Below, piece by piece: positions 16,492 through 24,903 of a stretch of 64,000 nt of DNA. The number at the start of each line of letters is the position of its first letter. The stretch's first letter is position 1. The notes under the pieces were generated by a model, which made no database searches, was not told where the DNA came from, and saw nothing but the letters and a program-made list of their open reading frames with translations. This DNA is from Acidimicrobiales bacterium (GTDB lineage: Bacteria; Actinomycetota; Acidimicrobiia; Acidimicrobiales; CAIXPF01), in the NCBI GenBank assembly GCA_046155365.1, contig JBJXFH010000124.1, positions 1,249 through 65,248 on the forward strand, written 5' to 3'. The position numbers and the translations under genes are program-made.

Positions 16492-17727
16492 TCAGTTGAT
16501 CGCGAGGTGCTGACGGGTGGTGTGACGCCGTTGCAGTTTGAACTTGATCTGGTCGGGAACCAATCGGCGGGCCGGGGTGGCCGCACAGACCACCAGCAGG
16601 TCACGAGCGGCTCGGGCCAGCACCGCCCGGGAGCGATCGATGGGAGCAGAAGCCACGATCCGATAGCGCTCGGCCAGTTCCCGGGCCACCACATCCACCG
16701 AGAACCGTCGCTGGACCACCTGGCGGCAGAACTGGCCCAGCTCGGTGCAGGTGTCGGGGCTGTTCACGAAGCGCAGCAGTTGGGCTTCGAGGCGGTCATT
16801 GGCCCCTTCGGCCACACCCAGCCCGTAAAAGCCCTGTTCACAGAGCATCTCGGCGTGATCGGCATCGAAGATGGCCGAGAACCCCTCCTCGCCCAGCACG
16901 ATGGCCGGCACCCCGAAGGCCATGCCCCTCACAATGGAGGTGCCCATGCCCAAACCGATCTGGGCCGCGGCGTACGCCGGGCGGGGATCGACCATGGCGC
17001 CGGTGAAACGGACCACGTCCCGGCCCAACTTCTGATTGACCTGGGTACCGAGGGCTTCCAGTTCGGCCCGGGCGTCACCGTCGCCCACCACGGCCAGCAC
17101 CACGTCATGATCACGGGCCAGACGCTCGGTGACCTCGATGGTGCGAGCGATCCCTTCGCGCTTCATCCAACGGGCGAGGCGGGACACCACCACCAGCAGG
17201 GTCTGGTCCGGGCCCACGCCCAAATCGGTCCGGAAGGCGGCCCCATCCACTGTGGCGGGGTCATCGGCACGCACGTTGATGGGGTATTCCTGCAGGTAGC
17301 TGGGCCCCCGTCGGCGTTGATCCTGGACCCGGATCTCCTCGGTCACGAAGCTGATGGGCAGCGCCCACGGCAGGAGCGAGGGCACTGACATGGCGGTGCA
17401 GCTGCCCATGACCGGGCGGTTGCGCAGGTGCATGGCGTAGTACGAGGTGCCCAGCAGCGCCCAGTCCCAGGCGTGGAACACGTCGGGCCGTTCCAGGCGG
17501 TCCAGGGCCCGCAAGTTGCGATACAGCGGTACCGACCAACCGGTGACGTCACCGGGGGCTTCGATGTGCCGCAACCCGCGCTCGGCGAGCAGCTTGCTGG
17601 CAGGTCCCGGCGGCGCGTAGACCGCCATCTCCCAGCCGAGCTGATCTTGCACCGACGCCGCCAACTCAATGGCGGAGATCATGCTGCCGCCCAACTCGAG
17701 CGAGCTCAACCCCACGATTACCTTCAT
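16492..17727 (-). CDS. GT4/GT-B fold glycosyltransferase
   Basis: 411-aa ORF. N-terminus MKVIVGLSSLELGGSMISAIEL, C-terminal GMGTSIVRGMAFGVPAIV (E/G..G.P motif region). Confidence 0.75.
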   Translation of the reverse strand: MKVIVGLSSLELGGSMISAIELAASVQDQLGWEMAVYAPPGPASKLLAERGLRHIEAPGDVTGWSVPLYRNLRALDRLERPDVFHAWDWALLGTSYYAMHLRNRPVMGSCTAMSVPSLLPWALPISFVTEEIRVQDQRRRGPSYLQEYPINVRADDPATVDGAAFRTDLGVGPDQTLLVVVSRLARWMKREGIARTIEVTERLARDHDVVLAVVGDGDARAELEALGTQVNQKLGRDVVRFTGAMVDPRPAYAAAQIGLGMGTSIVRGMAFGVPAIVLGEEGFSAIFDADHAEMLCEQGFYGLGVAEGANDRLEAQLLRFVNSPDTCTELGQFCRQVVQRRFSVDVVARELAERYRIVASAPIDRSRAVLARAARDLLVVCAATPARRLVPDQIKFKLQRRHTTRQHLAIN

Positions 17728-17787
17728 GTGCCCACCCTCGTTCCCACTCCAAGCCCCCTCCGTACCGTGCGTCCAACCACCGGTTCC

Positions 17788-18951
17788 CTACCCTGTGACC
17801 CCGGCGGTCGCAGCCGGTCGGCTTCCCGCCCCTACAGCCTGGCGAAAAGCCTCAATGACCTGGTCCTGTTCAGCTTCGGACAGGGCGTGGTACAGCGGCA
17901 GGATCAAGGACCGGGCCGTGAGCCGTTCCGTCATCGGGAGCGGGGAGTGGGGGTGACCGCGGTAGGCCGGTTCGAGGTGAGCGGCCATGATGCCCCGCCG
18001 GCTCGACACACCGGCAGCGGACAACTGCGCCATCACGTCGTTTCGTTCAGTGGTGAGTTCATCGGGCAGCAGCACCCAAAAGGACTGGTAATTCGTGGTG
18101 CCCCACGGCGGATCGGTGGCGGTGACGAACCCGTTAAGGTCCGCGAAGCCTGCCTGGTAGCGGGCGGCCAGCTCGCGGCGGCGGGCCACCATCGGCGCCA
18201 ACCGGCCCAACTGCACCAGGCCCACGGCTGCTTGCAGGTCCGTCATCCGGTAGTTGTACGCCGTTTCGAGATACTGCTCGACGCTGGGAGCGCTCTGCCC
18301 GTGGCGGTCCGCGGCGCTGACGCTCATGCCGTGCTCGCGCAGGGTACGGGCCCGTGCCGCCCAGGCATCGGCGCGCACCGTGAGCATCCCGCCCTCGCCG
18401 GTGGTGACCAGTTTGCGGGGGTGGAAGGAGAACACCGCCAGCTCCGAATGACCTCCGATGAGCTGACCGTGGTAGGTGGAGCCGATGGCGCACGCCGCGT
18501 CCTCGATGACCACGATGCCCCGGGGGTCACACAGGGCGTGCACCGCGTCGAGGTCCGCCGGCGCCCCGGCCTGATGGACCAAGATCACCGCCCGGGTCCG
18601 GTCGCTGAGCTGGGCCTCGATGGTGGCGGCGCTGAGGTTCAGGGTGGCTTCTTCGACATCGGCGAACACCGGGGTGGCCCCGACGTAACGGACCACGTTG
18701 GTGGTGGCGATAAAGGACAGCGACGGGACCACGACCTCGTCACCGGGGCCGATGCCGGCCAGGATAAGCGCCAGGTGCAGTCCGGTGGTGGCTGAGCTCA
18801 CCGCCACCGCGTGGGTGGCCCCCACCTGCTGGGCGAAGGCGTCCTCGAAGGCCTTGACCCGGGGTCCTTGGGCCACCCAGCCCGATGCCACCGCGGCGGC
18901 GGCGGCGTCGGCCTCTTCTTGGCCCAGCCAGGGGACCATCAACGGGATCAT
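17788..18951 (-). CDS. DegT/DnrJ/EryC1/StrS-family sugar aminotransferase (second copy)
   Basis: MIPLMVPWLGQEEADAAAAAV..., SSATTGLHLAL, IEDAACAIGS, FSFHPRKLVTTGEGG, REHG. The start chosen at the internal Met gives a 4-nt ATGA overlap with the upstream gene. The ORF maximum is 18993. Confidence 0.85.
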   Translation of the reverse strand: MIPLMVPWLGQEEADAAAAAVASGWVAQGPRVKAFEDAFAQQVGATHAVAVSSATTGLHLALILAGIGPGDEVVVPSLSFIATTNVVRYVGATPVFADVEEATLNLSAATIEAQLSDRTRAVILVHQAGAPADLDAVHALCDPRGIVVIEDAACAIGSTYHGQLIGGHSELAVFSFHPRKLVTTGEGGMLTVRADAWAARARTLREHGMSVSAADRHGQSAPSVEQYLETAYNYRMTDLQAAVGLVQLGRLAPMVARRRELAARYQAGFADLNGFVTATDPPWGTTNYQSFWVLLPDELTTERNDVMAQLSAAGVSSRRGIMAAHLEPAYRGHPHSPLPMTERLTARSLILPLYHALSEAEQDQVIEAFRQAVGAGSRPAATAGVTG

Positions 18952-19937
18952 TGGGAACCGCCGGCAGACGCCGATACCTTCTCGTGGCGCCACCAGGCCA
19001 CCAGTTGCCGCAGACCCTCCTCGAGGGGGACGCTGGCTTCGAACCCGATCAGGTCCCGGGCCCCGCTGACATCGGCGGCGCGGTGTTCCACGGCGTTCAC
19101 CTTGCGGGCCGGCTGGTATTCAGGTTCGAGGTCGCTGTCCATGACCTTGCTCAAGGCCCGGGCCAGATCGTTGAGGCTGGTGGGGATGCCGGTGCCCACG
19201 TTGAGGGCCACGTCGCTGGCGTCGGACACCGCGGCGGCGAGGTTGGCCCGGGCGATGTCCGTGGAGAACACGAAATCCATGGTCTGGTTGCCGTCACCCA
19301 TGATGATCGGGGCCAACCCTGCGTCCATGCGCTCCATCCAGCGGATCAGCACCTCGGTGTACACCCCGTGGATGTCCATCCGGGGCCCGTACACATTGAA
19401 ATACCGCAACATCACATACTGCAGGCCGTACATATCGTTGAAGCTGCGGAGCAGGCCTTCATTGAACAACTTGGCGGCACCGTAGATAGTGCGATTGTCG
19501 TAAGGGTGCTGCGTCTCGGGGGTGGGCAGTTGATCGGCTTGACCGTAGATCGACGCTGAGGAGGCGGCCACCACCTTGGCCACGCCGGCGTCTTTGGCCG
19601 CTTCGATCACGTTGTAGGTGCCGTTGACCATGATCTCGGTGGCCAACCGGGGATCTTCTGCGCATTGAGTGATCCGAATGGCGGCCTGATGGAACAACAA
19701 ATCAACACCGGCCATGGCTCCGGCCACCACGGCCCGATCCCGGATGTCACCCTCTATCAGGTGCAGCTTGCCGCTGGGCATGACGCCGGCAAGATTCTCC
19801 AGTCGGCCCCGGTCCAAGTTGTCCAACACCCGGATCTCCCGGGGCCCGGCGTCACCGAGGGCCACCAGCTGATCGGCGATGGTGGAGCCGATAAGGCCCG
19901 CTCCACCGGTGATGAGCACGGTCTTATCGCTGAACAT
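18948..19937 (-). CDS. NAD-dependent nucleotide-sugar epimerase/dehydratase (extended SDR)
   Basis: VLITGGAGLIGS Rossmann motif. YGAAK (YxxxK) catalytic motif. Confidence 0.85.
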   Translation of the reverse strand: MFSDKTVLITGGAGLIGSTIADQLVALGDAGPREIRVLDNLDRGRLENLAGVMPSGKLHLIEGDIRDRAVVAGAMAGVDLLFHQAAIRITQCAEDPRLATEIMVNGTYNVIEAAKDAGVAKVVAASSASIYGQADQLPTPETQHPYDNRTIYGAAKLFNEGLLRSFNDMYGLQYVMLRYFNVYGPRMDIHGVYTEVLIRWMERMDAGLAPIIMGDGNQTMDFVFSTDIARANLAAAVSDASDVALNVGTGIPTSLNDLARALSKVMDSDLEPEYQPARKVNAVEHRAADVSGARDLIGFEASVPLEEGLRQLVAWWRHEKVSASAGGSQ

Positions 19938-20973
19938 GAGAAAGCTCCAAAGATATGGGTACGCCGCCGGATTGGAGGCTCTTTCCGGCCGCTTCGAGAA
20001 TGTGTAGCACCCTCAGTCCGGCGAGACCGTCGGTGAGTGGGGCACGTTCTTCTCGAATGGAGTTGGCAAATTCGCTGACCACCGCCGAAAGGGCCTCGGT
20101 CTCCGGCAGGGCCGGGGTCACGATGTCACCGGTTCGATAGGACACCATGCGGTGACGTTTCTCGTCACGATCCAGCACCGGGGTCACTTCCACGCCCCGG
20201 TCATACAGGCTGAGCCGGGCGCCCACTTTGAGATCGTCCCACAGCGCCATGCGTTTGGACCCTGACACCACCATCTGGCGGATCTTGGTGGGGCTCAACC
20301 AGTTCAGGCTGACGTGCACGATGGCACCGGTGGACAACCGCATCGAGAGGTACCCGATGCAGGTTTGGCCGGTGCCGAGCGGATCGGCGCCGGTGGCCGC
20401 GATGTCCAGCGGCTGATGGGAGGCCGGCAGGATGAAATCAAGGATTGACAGGTCATGGGGGCCGAGGTCCCAGAACACGTCGATGTCGTCTTGCACCAGG
20501 CCCAAGTTGACCCGCACAGTGTCGATGTACAGCAGGTCCCCGAGCTCGCCGGACGCGATCATGTCCCGCAACCGCCGCACCACGGGTGTGTAACAGAACG
20601 TGAAATCACACATCAACACCCGCTTCATGGCGGCGGCGGTGGCAACCAGCTGCTCGCCCTCCGCAACAGAGGTGGCCAGCGGCTTTTCCATGAGCACGTG
20701 CTTGCCGGCCCGCAGCGCCTTCAATCCGAGAGGGAGATGGGTGTGGGACGGGGTGGCGATGGCCACCGCTTCTATCTCGGGATCGGCCAACAGGTCATCG
20801 AAGCTCGCCGTCACCCGCACCTCGCTGCGGCGGCCGAGCACACGGTGGGCTCGTTGCACATCCAGATCGCACACGGCGATGAGAGAGGTGTCCTCGCTTC
20901 CGAGGAAGTTTCGGATCAGGTTCGGGCCCCAGTAGCCGGCTCCGACCACTGCCACACCCACGGGCTCCTGCAC
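19924..20973 (-). CDS. Gfo/Idh/MocA-family nucleotide-sugar dehydrogenase (WbpB-like)
   Basis: VAVVGAGYWGPNLIRNF, KHVLMEKPLA. GTG start at 20973. First gene of the minus-strand sugar operon. Confidence 0.8.
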   Translation of the reverse strand: MQEPVGVAVVGAGYWGPNLIRNFLGSEDTSLIAVCDLDVQRAHRVLGRRSEVRVTASFDDLLADPEIEAVAIATPSHTHLPLGLKALRAGKHVLMEKPLATSVAEGEQLVATAAAMKRVLMCDFTFCYTPVVRRLRDMIASGELGDLLYIDTVRVNLGLVQDDIDVFWDLGPHDLSILDFILPASHQPLDIAATGADPLGTGQTCIGYLSMRLSTGAIVHVSLNWLSPTKIRQMVVSGSKRMALWDDLKVGARLSLYDRGVEVTPVLDRDEKRHRMVSYRTGDIVTPALPETEALSAVVSEFANSIREERAPLTDGLAGLRVLHILEAAGKSLQSGGVPISLELSHVQR

Positions 20974-21106
20974 TTGACGCTCCTCAATGGCGCACGCCGC
21001 CGCCTGCTTCGCGGACGCCTTCGGCTTCGAACGTACGACGGACTACTTCGTCCACAACACAGTCCGATCGGCCTGTATTGGGAACGCCCGCCCTACAATC
21101 CGCCTG

Positions 21107-22117
21107 GTGCATCCTGATGTCACGGTAGTTATCCCCACCAAAAACCGCCGAATGCTCCTCCGCCGGGCACTCGGAACCGCGCTCGCTCAGGAACGGGTCA
21201 GCGTGGAGGTTATCGTCGTGGACGACGGGTCAGAGGACAATACGGCGAACGATGTGCGCCACTGCGAAGACCTCGACGTCAGATTGATCCGGCACGAGAC
21301 CAGCCGGGGACTTCCCGCAGCTCGCAACGCCGGGATTGCCCTGGCCCGGGCACCGTGGGTGGCTTTTCTCGATGACGATGATCTGTGGGCGCCGGACAAG
21401 CTGGTCAGCCAGCTGGAACTGGCCAACCAGACCCGCGATGACGGTTCCACCCCGGCTTGGGTTTGCTCTAGCTGCGTGCAGGTGGACGAGACGGACCGGA
21501 TCATGGGCTGGGCCAGCGCCGGGGATCGGGAGATCGATGCCGCCCGCTTGTTGGTGGATGGCGTGGTACCCGGCGGCGGATCAGGGGTGTTGGCCCGCGT
21601 TGATGATCTGCGGCGGGCCGGCTTGTTCGACGAGAACGCCCGGCTGTACGAGGACTGGGACATGTGGATCCGTCTCTCGTTGCTTAGCGGCGGGGCGCCA
21701 TCGGTGGATCGACCGTTGGTGGCCTACCGGGTTTGGACCTCGATGTCGAGCAAGGTGGTTGACCTCGAAGGTGCCTGGCGCAATGTGACGGACCGCTACG
21801 CCCATGAAGCGACCCGGTTGGGGGTCACCACGGACCCGCTGGCCATGCACCGTTACCGGGTGTATCGCTCGCTGCACGGCCGCCAACACCAACAGGCCGC
21901 CGAGGCGTACCGGGACCTGGCCCGCACTAGTGGGAGTCGCAAGGCCGCCGCCCTGGCCGTGGCCGCCTCCAAGGCCGGGGACCCGCTGCTCTCGGTGCTG
22001 TCCTGGCGCAATCGACGCCGGGTGCCGTCCTGGGTGCGGCAAGAGGCCCAGGGTTGGCTGGACACCGTGGACAGCGAGACGCAGCGCTGGTTCGGCGATC
22101 TCGAGCCGGTCAGCTGA
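21107..22117 (+). CDS. family 2 glycosyltransferase (tandem paralog a)
   Basis: VTVVIPTKNR, VIVVDDGSEDNT, ARNAGIA, AFLDDDDLWAPDKL, EDWDMWIRL. GTG 21107 is preferred over ATG 20987, which lies 14 nt from the divergent gene start. Confidence 0.8.
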   Translation: MHPDVTVVIPTKNRRMLLRRALGTALAQERVSVEVIVVDDGSEDNTANDVRHCEDLDVRLIRHETSRGLPAARNAGIALARAPWVAFLDDDDLWAPDKLVSQLELANQTRDDGSTPAWVCSSCVQVDETDRIMGWASAGDREIDAARLLVDGVVPGGGSGVLARVDDLRRAGLFDENARLYEDWDMWIRLSLLSGGAPSVDRPLVAYRVWTSMSSKVVDLEGAWRNVTDRYAHEATRLGVTTDPLAMHRYRVYRSLHGRQHQQAAEAYRDLARTSGSRKAAALAVAASKAGDPLLSVLSWRNRRRVPSWVRQEAQGWLDTVDSETQRWFGDLEPVS

Positions 22118-22136
22118 GCCAAGACCCCTTCCGCGC

Positions 22137-22180
22137 CGTTCATACCGTTCGCGTCGTTCGCGTCGTTCGCGTCGTTCGTG
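22137..22180. repeat. 9-bp tandem repeat (cgttcgcgt, ~3 perfect + 2 degenerate copies)
   Basis: Read directly: cgttcataccgttcgcgtcgttcgcgtcgttcgcgtcgttcgtg. It lies between the two GT2 paralogs, about 20 nt after the first stop. Confidence 0.85.
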
Positions 22181-22229
22181 CTCACCTGCCGGCAGGGTCA
22201 CCGCTACCACGGTCGCTACTGTCGGGGCG

Positions 22230-23318
22230 GTGTCGCCTGAGGTAACCGTTGTCATCCCGACGCGGGACCGCAAGCGGCTGGTGCTGCGGGCGCTTCGCAG
22301 TGCCCTGGCCCAACACGGCGCCACGGTCCAAGCGGTGGTGGTGGACGATGGTTCGGTGGATGGCACCGCCGCCGCGGTGGCAGCGGCCCATCCCGAGGTC
22401 CGGCTGATCCGCCACGATCAGGCGCTGGGCTCCTCGGTGGCGCGCAACGTGGGCATCGAAGCGGCCCGCACCCCTTGGGTGGCGTTCCTCGATGACGATG
22501 ACGTGTGGGCGCCGGGCAAGCTGGCGGCGCAACTGGCGGCGCTGGCCCAACCCCGTGTCGACGGTGGACGTGCTCGTTGGGCGTGCTGTTCCGCCGTGCT
22601 CCTCGACGCCGCTGACCGGCTGATCGGGTGGAATCCGGTGAGGGGTGGGGAGGTTGACCTCGGCGGTCTGCTGATCGAGAACCGGGTGCCGGGGGGCGGA
22701 TCCTCGGTGGTGGCCGATCGGAAGCTGCTGGCGGCGGTGGGTGGCTTTGCCGACATCGAACACTCCGAGGACTGGGACCTGTGGATCCGCCTGGCGCAGG
22801 AGGCGGGCAACGCGGTGGCGGTGGCCCAACCCCTGGTCGGCTACCGGGTGTGGATGTCCTCCTCCAGCCGGATCGAGGGCCTGGAAGCGGACTGGCATTT
22901 GGTGCTGGGCCGCCACGCCGAGCTGACCGCCAGGATGAGGGTCCCACCCGATCAGTTGGCGTTGCATCGATATCGGGCCTTTCGGGCCATGCACAGCCGC
23001 CACTTCCGGGAGGCCGCGACCTCAATGTTCCGGGTGGCTCGGTTGCAGCGCAGTCCCAAATCGGCGGCGATGGCGTTGGCGGTGCGGATCGGCGGATCGG
23101 CCTGTTTCCCCCTCTGGTCCAAGCTCAACGGAGGCCGGGTGCCAGCGGAAGTCCGAGCCGAGACCGAGCGGTGGATGGCGCTGCTGACAGAGGGCCCGGA
23201 GCCGTCGGGTGCGGGCGTGGGGCCGGGGCTCAGCGAGGGTGCGGGCGATCGTGGGGGCGAAACGGATCGTGGCGCTGTTGTCCTTGACGTTGTAGATAGC
23301 CGTTACAAAGCTCGATGA
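22230..23318 (+). CDS. family 2 glycosyltransferase (tandem paralog b)
   Basis: VTVVIPTRDR, AVVVDDGSVDGT, ARNVGIE, AFLDDDDVWAPGKL, EDWDLWIRL. Collinear with paralog a over its full length. GTG 22230 is the only start codon just upstream of the conserved N-terminus. Confidence 0.8.
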   Translation: MSPEVTVVIPTRDRKRLVLRALRSALAQHGATVQAVVVDDGSVDGTAAAVAAAHPEVRLIRHDQALGSSVARNVGIEAARTPWVAFLDDDDVWAPGKLAAQLAALAQPRVDGGRARWACCSAVLLDAADRLIGWNPVRGGEVDLGGLLIENRVPGGGSSVVADRKLLAAVGGFADIEHSEDWDLWIRLAQEAGNAVAVAQPLVGYRVWMSSSSRIEGLEADWHLVLGRHAELTARMRVPPDQLALHRYRAFRAMHSRHFREAATSMFRVARLQRSPKSAAMALAVRIGGSACFPLWSKLNGGRVPAEVRAETERWMALLTEGPEPSGAGVGPGLSEGAGDRGGETDRGAVVLDVVDSRYKAR

Positions 23319-24057
23319 GGCGGGCCCGGTGGAAGCTGGGCTCGTGGCCGGCGTGGACCACGCGAACCGGTAGCTGCACGAGCCGACGGAGGCTGTCGCA
23401 GCAGGCGCGGGGATCGGCGCCGTCGATACCGTCGAGCAACGGGCCGTTGTAGATGGCGTCACCGGACAGCAGCACACCGGTGGCCGCTTCCCACAGACCG
23501 ATGCTGCCGGGGGAGTGGCCGGGGAGGTGGAGCACCTCGAAGTGTCGGTCGCCGAGATCGATCACCTCACCGTCTTCAAGCAGGCGGGTGGCGGGGGCGG
23601 CGGGAAAGGTCACGCTGTCTTCCGCCGGCGTGCCTTGCATGCTGAGTGGTATGGCGTCGAGGATCAGCTCGTCGATCACGTAGCCGGCGGCCAGGTAGGG
23701 CCCGAGAACCGCCGGTCCGTACAGGGCGCTGCGCAACGGACAGGCGCCGGGCTGTTCGAGCACTGCCGCTTCGGCGCCATGCACCGCCCGGTGAGTGAAC
23801 TCGTGCAGCCCACCCACGTGATCGGCGTGGGTATGGGTGGCCACGGCCAGGATCGGGAACGGTGTGGCCCGTCGGACCAGCGGCAGCAGCGGCTGCAATC
23901 CCATGCTGGTGTCCACCACCAGGTCAGCGGCGGCGCCCGTGATGTGCCACACGTTGCAGCGCACCATGGGGTGGACGTGGGTCTCCGTGATCAAGCGAAT
24001 GCCGTCGCCCGCATCGATGACGGTGAACCACGGGTCCGCCACCGGCAGCTGCCACAC
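23230..24057 (-). CDS. MBL-fold metallo-hydrolase
   Basis: THTHADHVGG (HxHxDH), downstream LPGHSPGS and D..H motifs. Confidence 0.8.
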   Translation of the reverse strand: MWQLPVADPWFTVIDAGDGIRLITETHVHPMVRCNVWHITGAAADLVVDTSMGLQPLLPLVRRATPFPILAVATHTHADHVGGLHEFTHRAVHGAEAAVLEQPGACPLRSALYGPAVLGPYLAAGYVIDELILDAIPLSMQGTPAEDSVTFPAAPATRLLEDGEVIDLGDRHFEVLHLPGHSPGSIGLWEAATGVLLSGDAIYNGPLLDGIDGADPRACCDSLRRLVQLPVRVVHAGHEPSFHRARLIELCNGYLQRQGQQRHDPFRPHDRPHPR

Positions 24058-24114
24058 CGACCGGACGCTACCGGTTGGGGCACCGAGGTGCGGTGGTCCC
24101 GTTACGATCCGGAG

Positions 24115-24903
24115 ATGGATCTGGATCTGGCCGGCAAGCGGTGCATCGTCACGGGCGCGTCAAAGGGGATCGGGCTGGCCATCGCGGACTGCCTGGCGGC
24201 GGAAGGGGCGGCGGTGGCCATCATCGCCCGGGGAGCGGACGAGTTGTCCCGCCAAGCGGTGGCGCTGACCGAACGTCACGGGGCGGCCGTGACGCCCATC
24301 GCCGGAGATCTGTCCCGCGCCGAGGGGGTGACCGCGGTCATCAACGCGGCGCTGGCGGCGTTGGGCGGGGTGGATTGTTTGATCAACAACGCCGGATCAT
24401 CCTCGGCGGGGACCATTGATCAACTCACCGATGAGGACTGGCAAGGCGGGTTCGATCTGAAGTTGATGGGTTACGTGCGCGCCGCCCGGGCGGTGCTGAC
24501 GCCGATGCGGGCCCAACAGCATGGCCGGATCATCAACATCGGCGGCGTGGGCGGGCGCAACGCCACCGCGGGGTATCTGCTGGGTTGCTACAACGCCGCG
24601 TTGCAACACTTCACCCGGGGCCTGGCGGAACATGTGGCCGCCGACGGCATTCTGGTCAACATCGTCAACCCGGGGCCCATCGCCACTGAGCGGTGGACCA
24701 CCATGATCGCCAAACAGGTGGAGGGCGGCCAGACCACCGTGGAAGAAGCGTCCCGCCGGGCGGCCGGGTCCATACCACTTGGTAGGGTTGGGGAGCCGTC
24801 GGAGGTGGCGGAGTTGGTGGCGTTCTTGTGTTCGGGGCGGGCGGGGTACGTGACGGGTGGGTCCATGTTGGTTGACGGTGGGGCCGCACGGGGGTTGGTG
24901 TGA
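24115..24903 (+). CDS. short-chain dehydrogenase/reductase (classical SDR)
   Basis: ATG 24115. GKRCIVTGASKGIGLAIA (TGxxxGxG), NNAG, and YNAALQ (YxxxK-like region). Confidence 0.85.
   Translation: MDLDLAGKRCIVTGASKGIGLAIADCLAAEGAAVAIIARGADELSRQAVALTERHGAAVTPIAGDLSRAEGVTAVINAALAALGGVDCLINNAGSSSAGTIDQLTDEDWQGGFDLKLMGYVRAARAVLTPMRAQQHGRIINIGGVGGRNATAGYLLGCYNAALQHFTRGLAEHVAADGILVNIVNPGPIATERWTTMIAKQVEGGQTTVEEASRRAAGSIPLGRVGEPSEVAELVAFLCSGRAGYVTGGSMLVDGGAARGLV

Noticed and set aside
13265-18795. Plus-strand ORFs 13265-13840, 14193-15431, 15380-16159, 16405-17388 and 17428-18795.
   Set aside because: They are antisense to the well-supported minus-strand sugar operon (flippase, acetyltransferase, aminotransferases, GT4).
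20987-21106. Upstream extension of GT2-a to ATG 20987.
   Set aside because: That ATG lies 14 nt from the divergent gene's start, leaving no promoter space. The conserved GT2 N-terminus (VTVVIPT) begins right after GTG 21107.
21804-22229. Upstream extension of GT2-b, including an RSRRSRRSRRS tract.
   Set aside because: It overlaps the 3' third of GT2-a out of frame. The RS tract is simply the 9-bp intergenic repeat read in frame. Paralog alignment starts at 22230.
23515-24114. N-terminal 200 codons of ORF 23515-24903.
   Set aside because: They are antisense to the MBL hydrolase. The SDR Rossmann motif starts just after ATG 24115.
24115-24903. SDR as a mycofactocin-coupled (nicotinoprotein) SDR, and the FAD protein at 36343-37749 as MftG.
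   Set aside because: The SDR is overlap-coupled to a Rieske oxygenase and has an ordinary classical-SDR N-terminus. The FAD protein has a monooxygenase-type rather than a GMC-type N-terminus. Neither call can be supported without HMM scoring.
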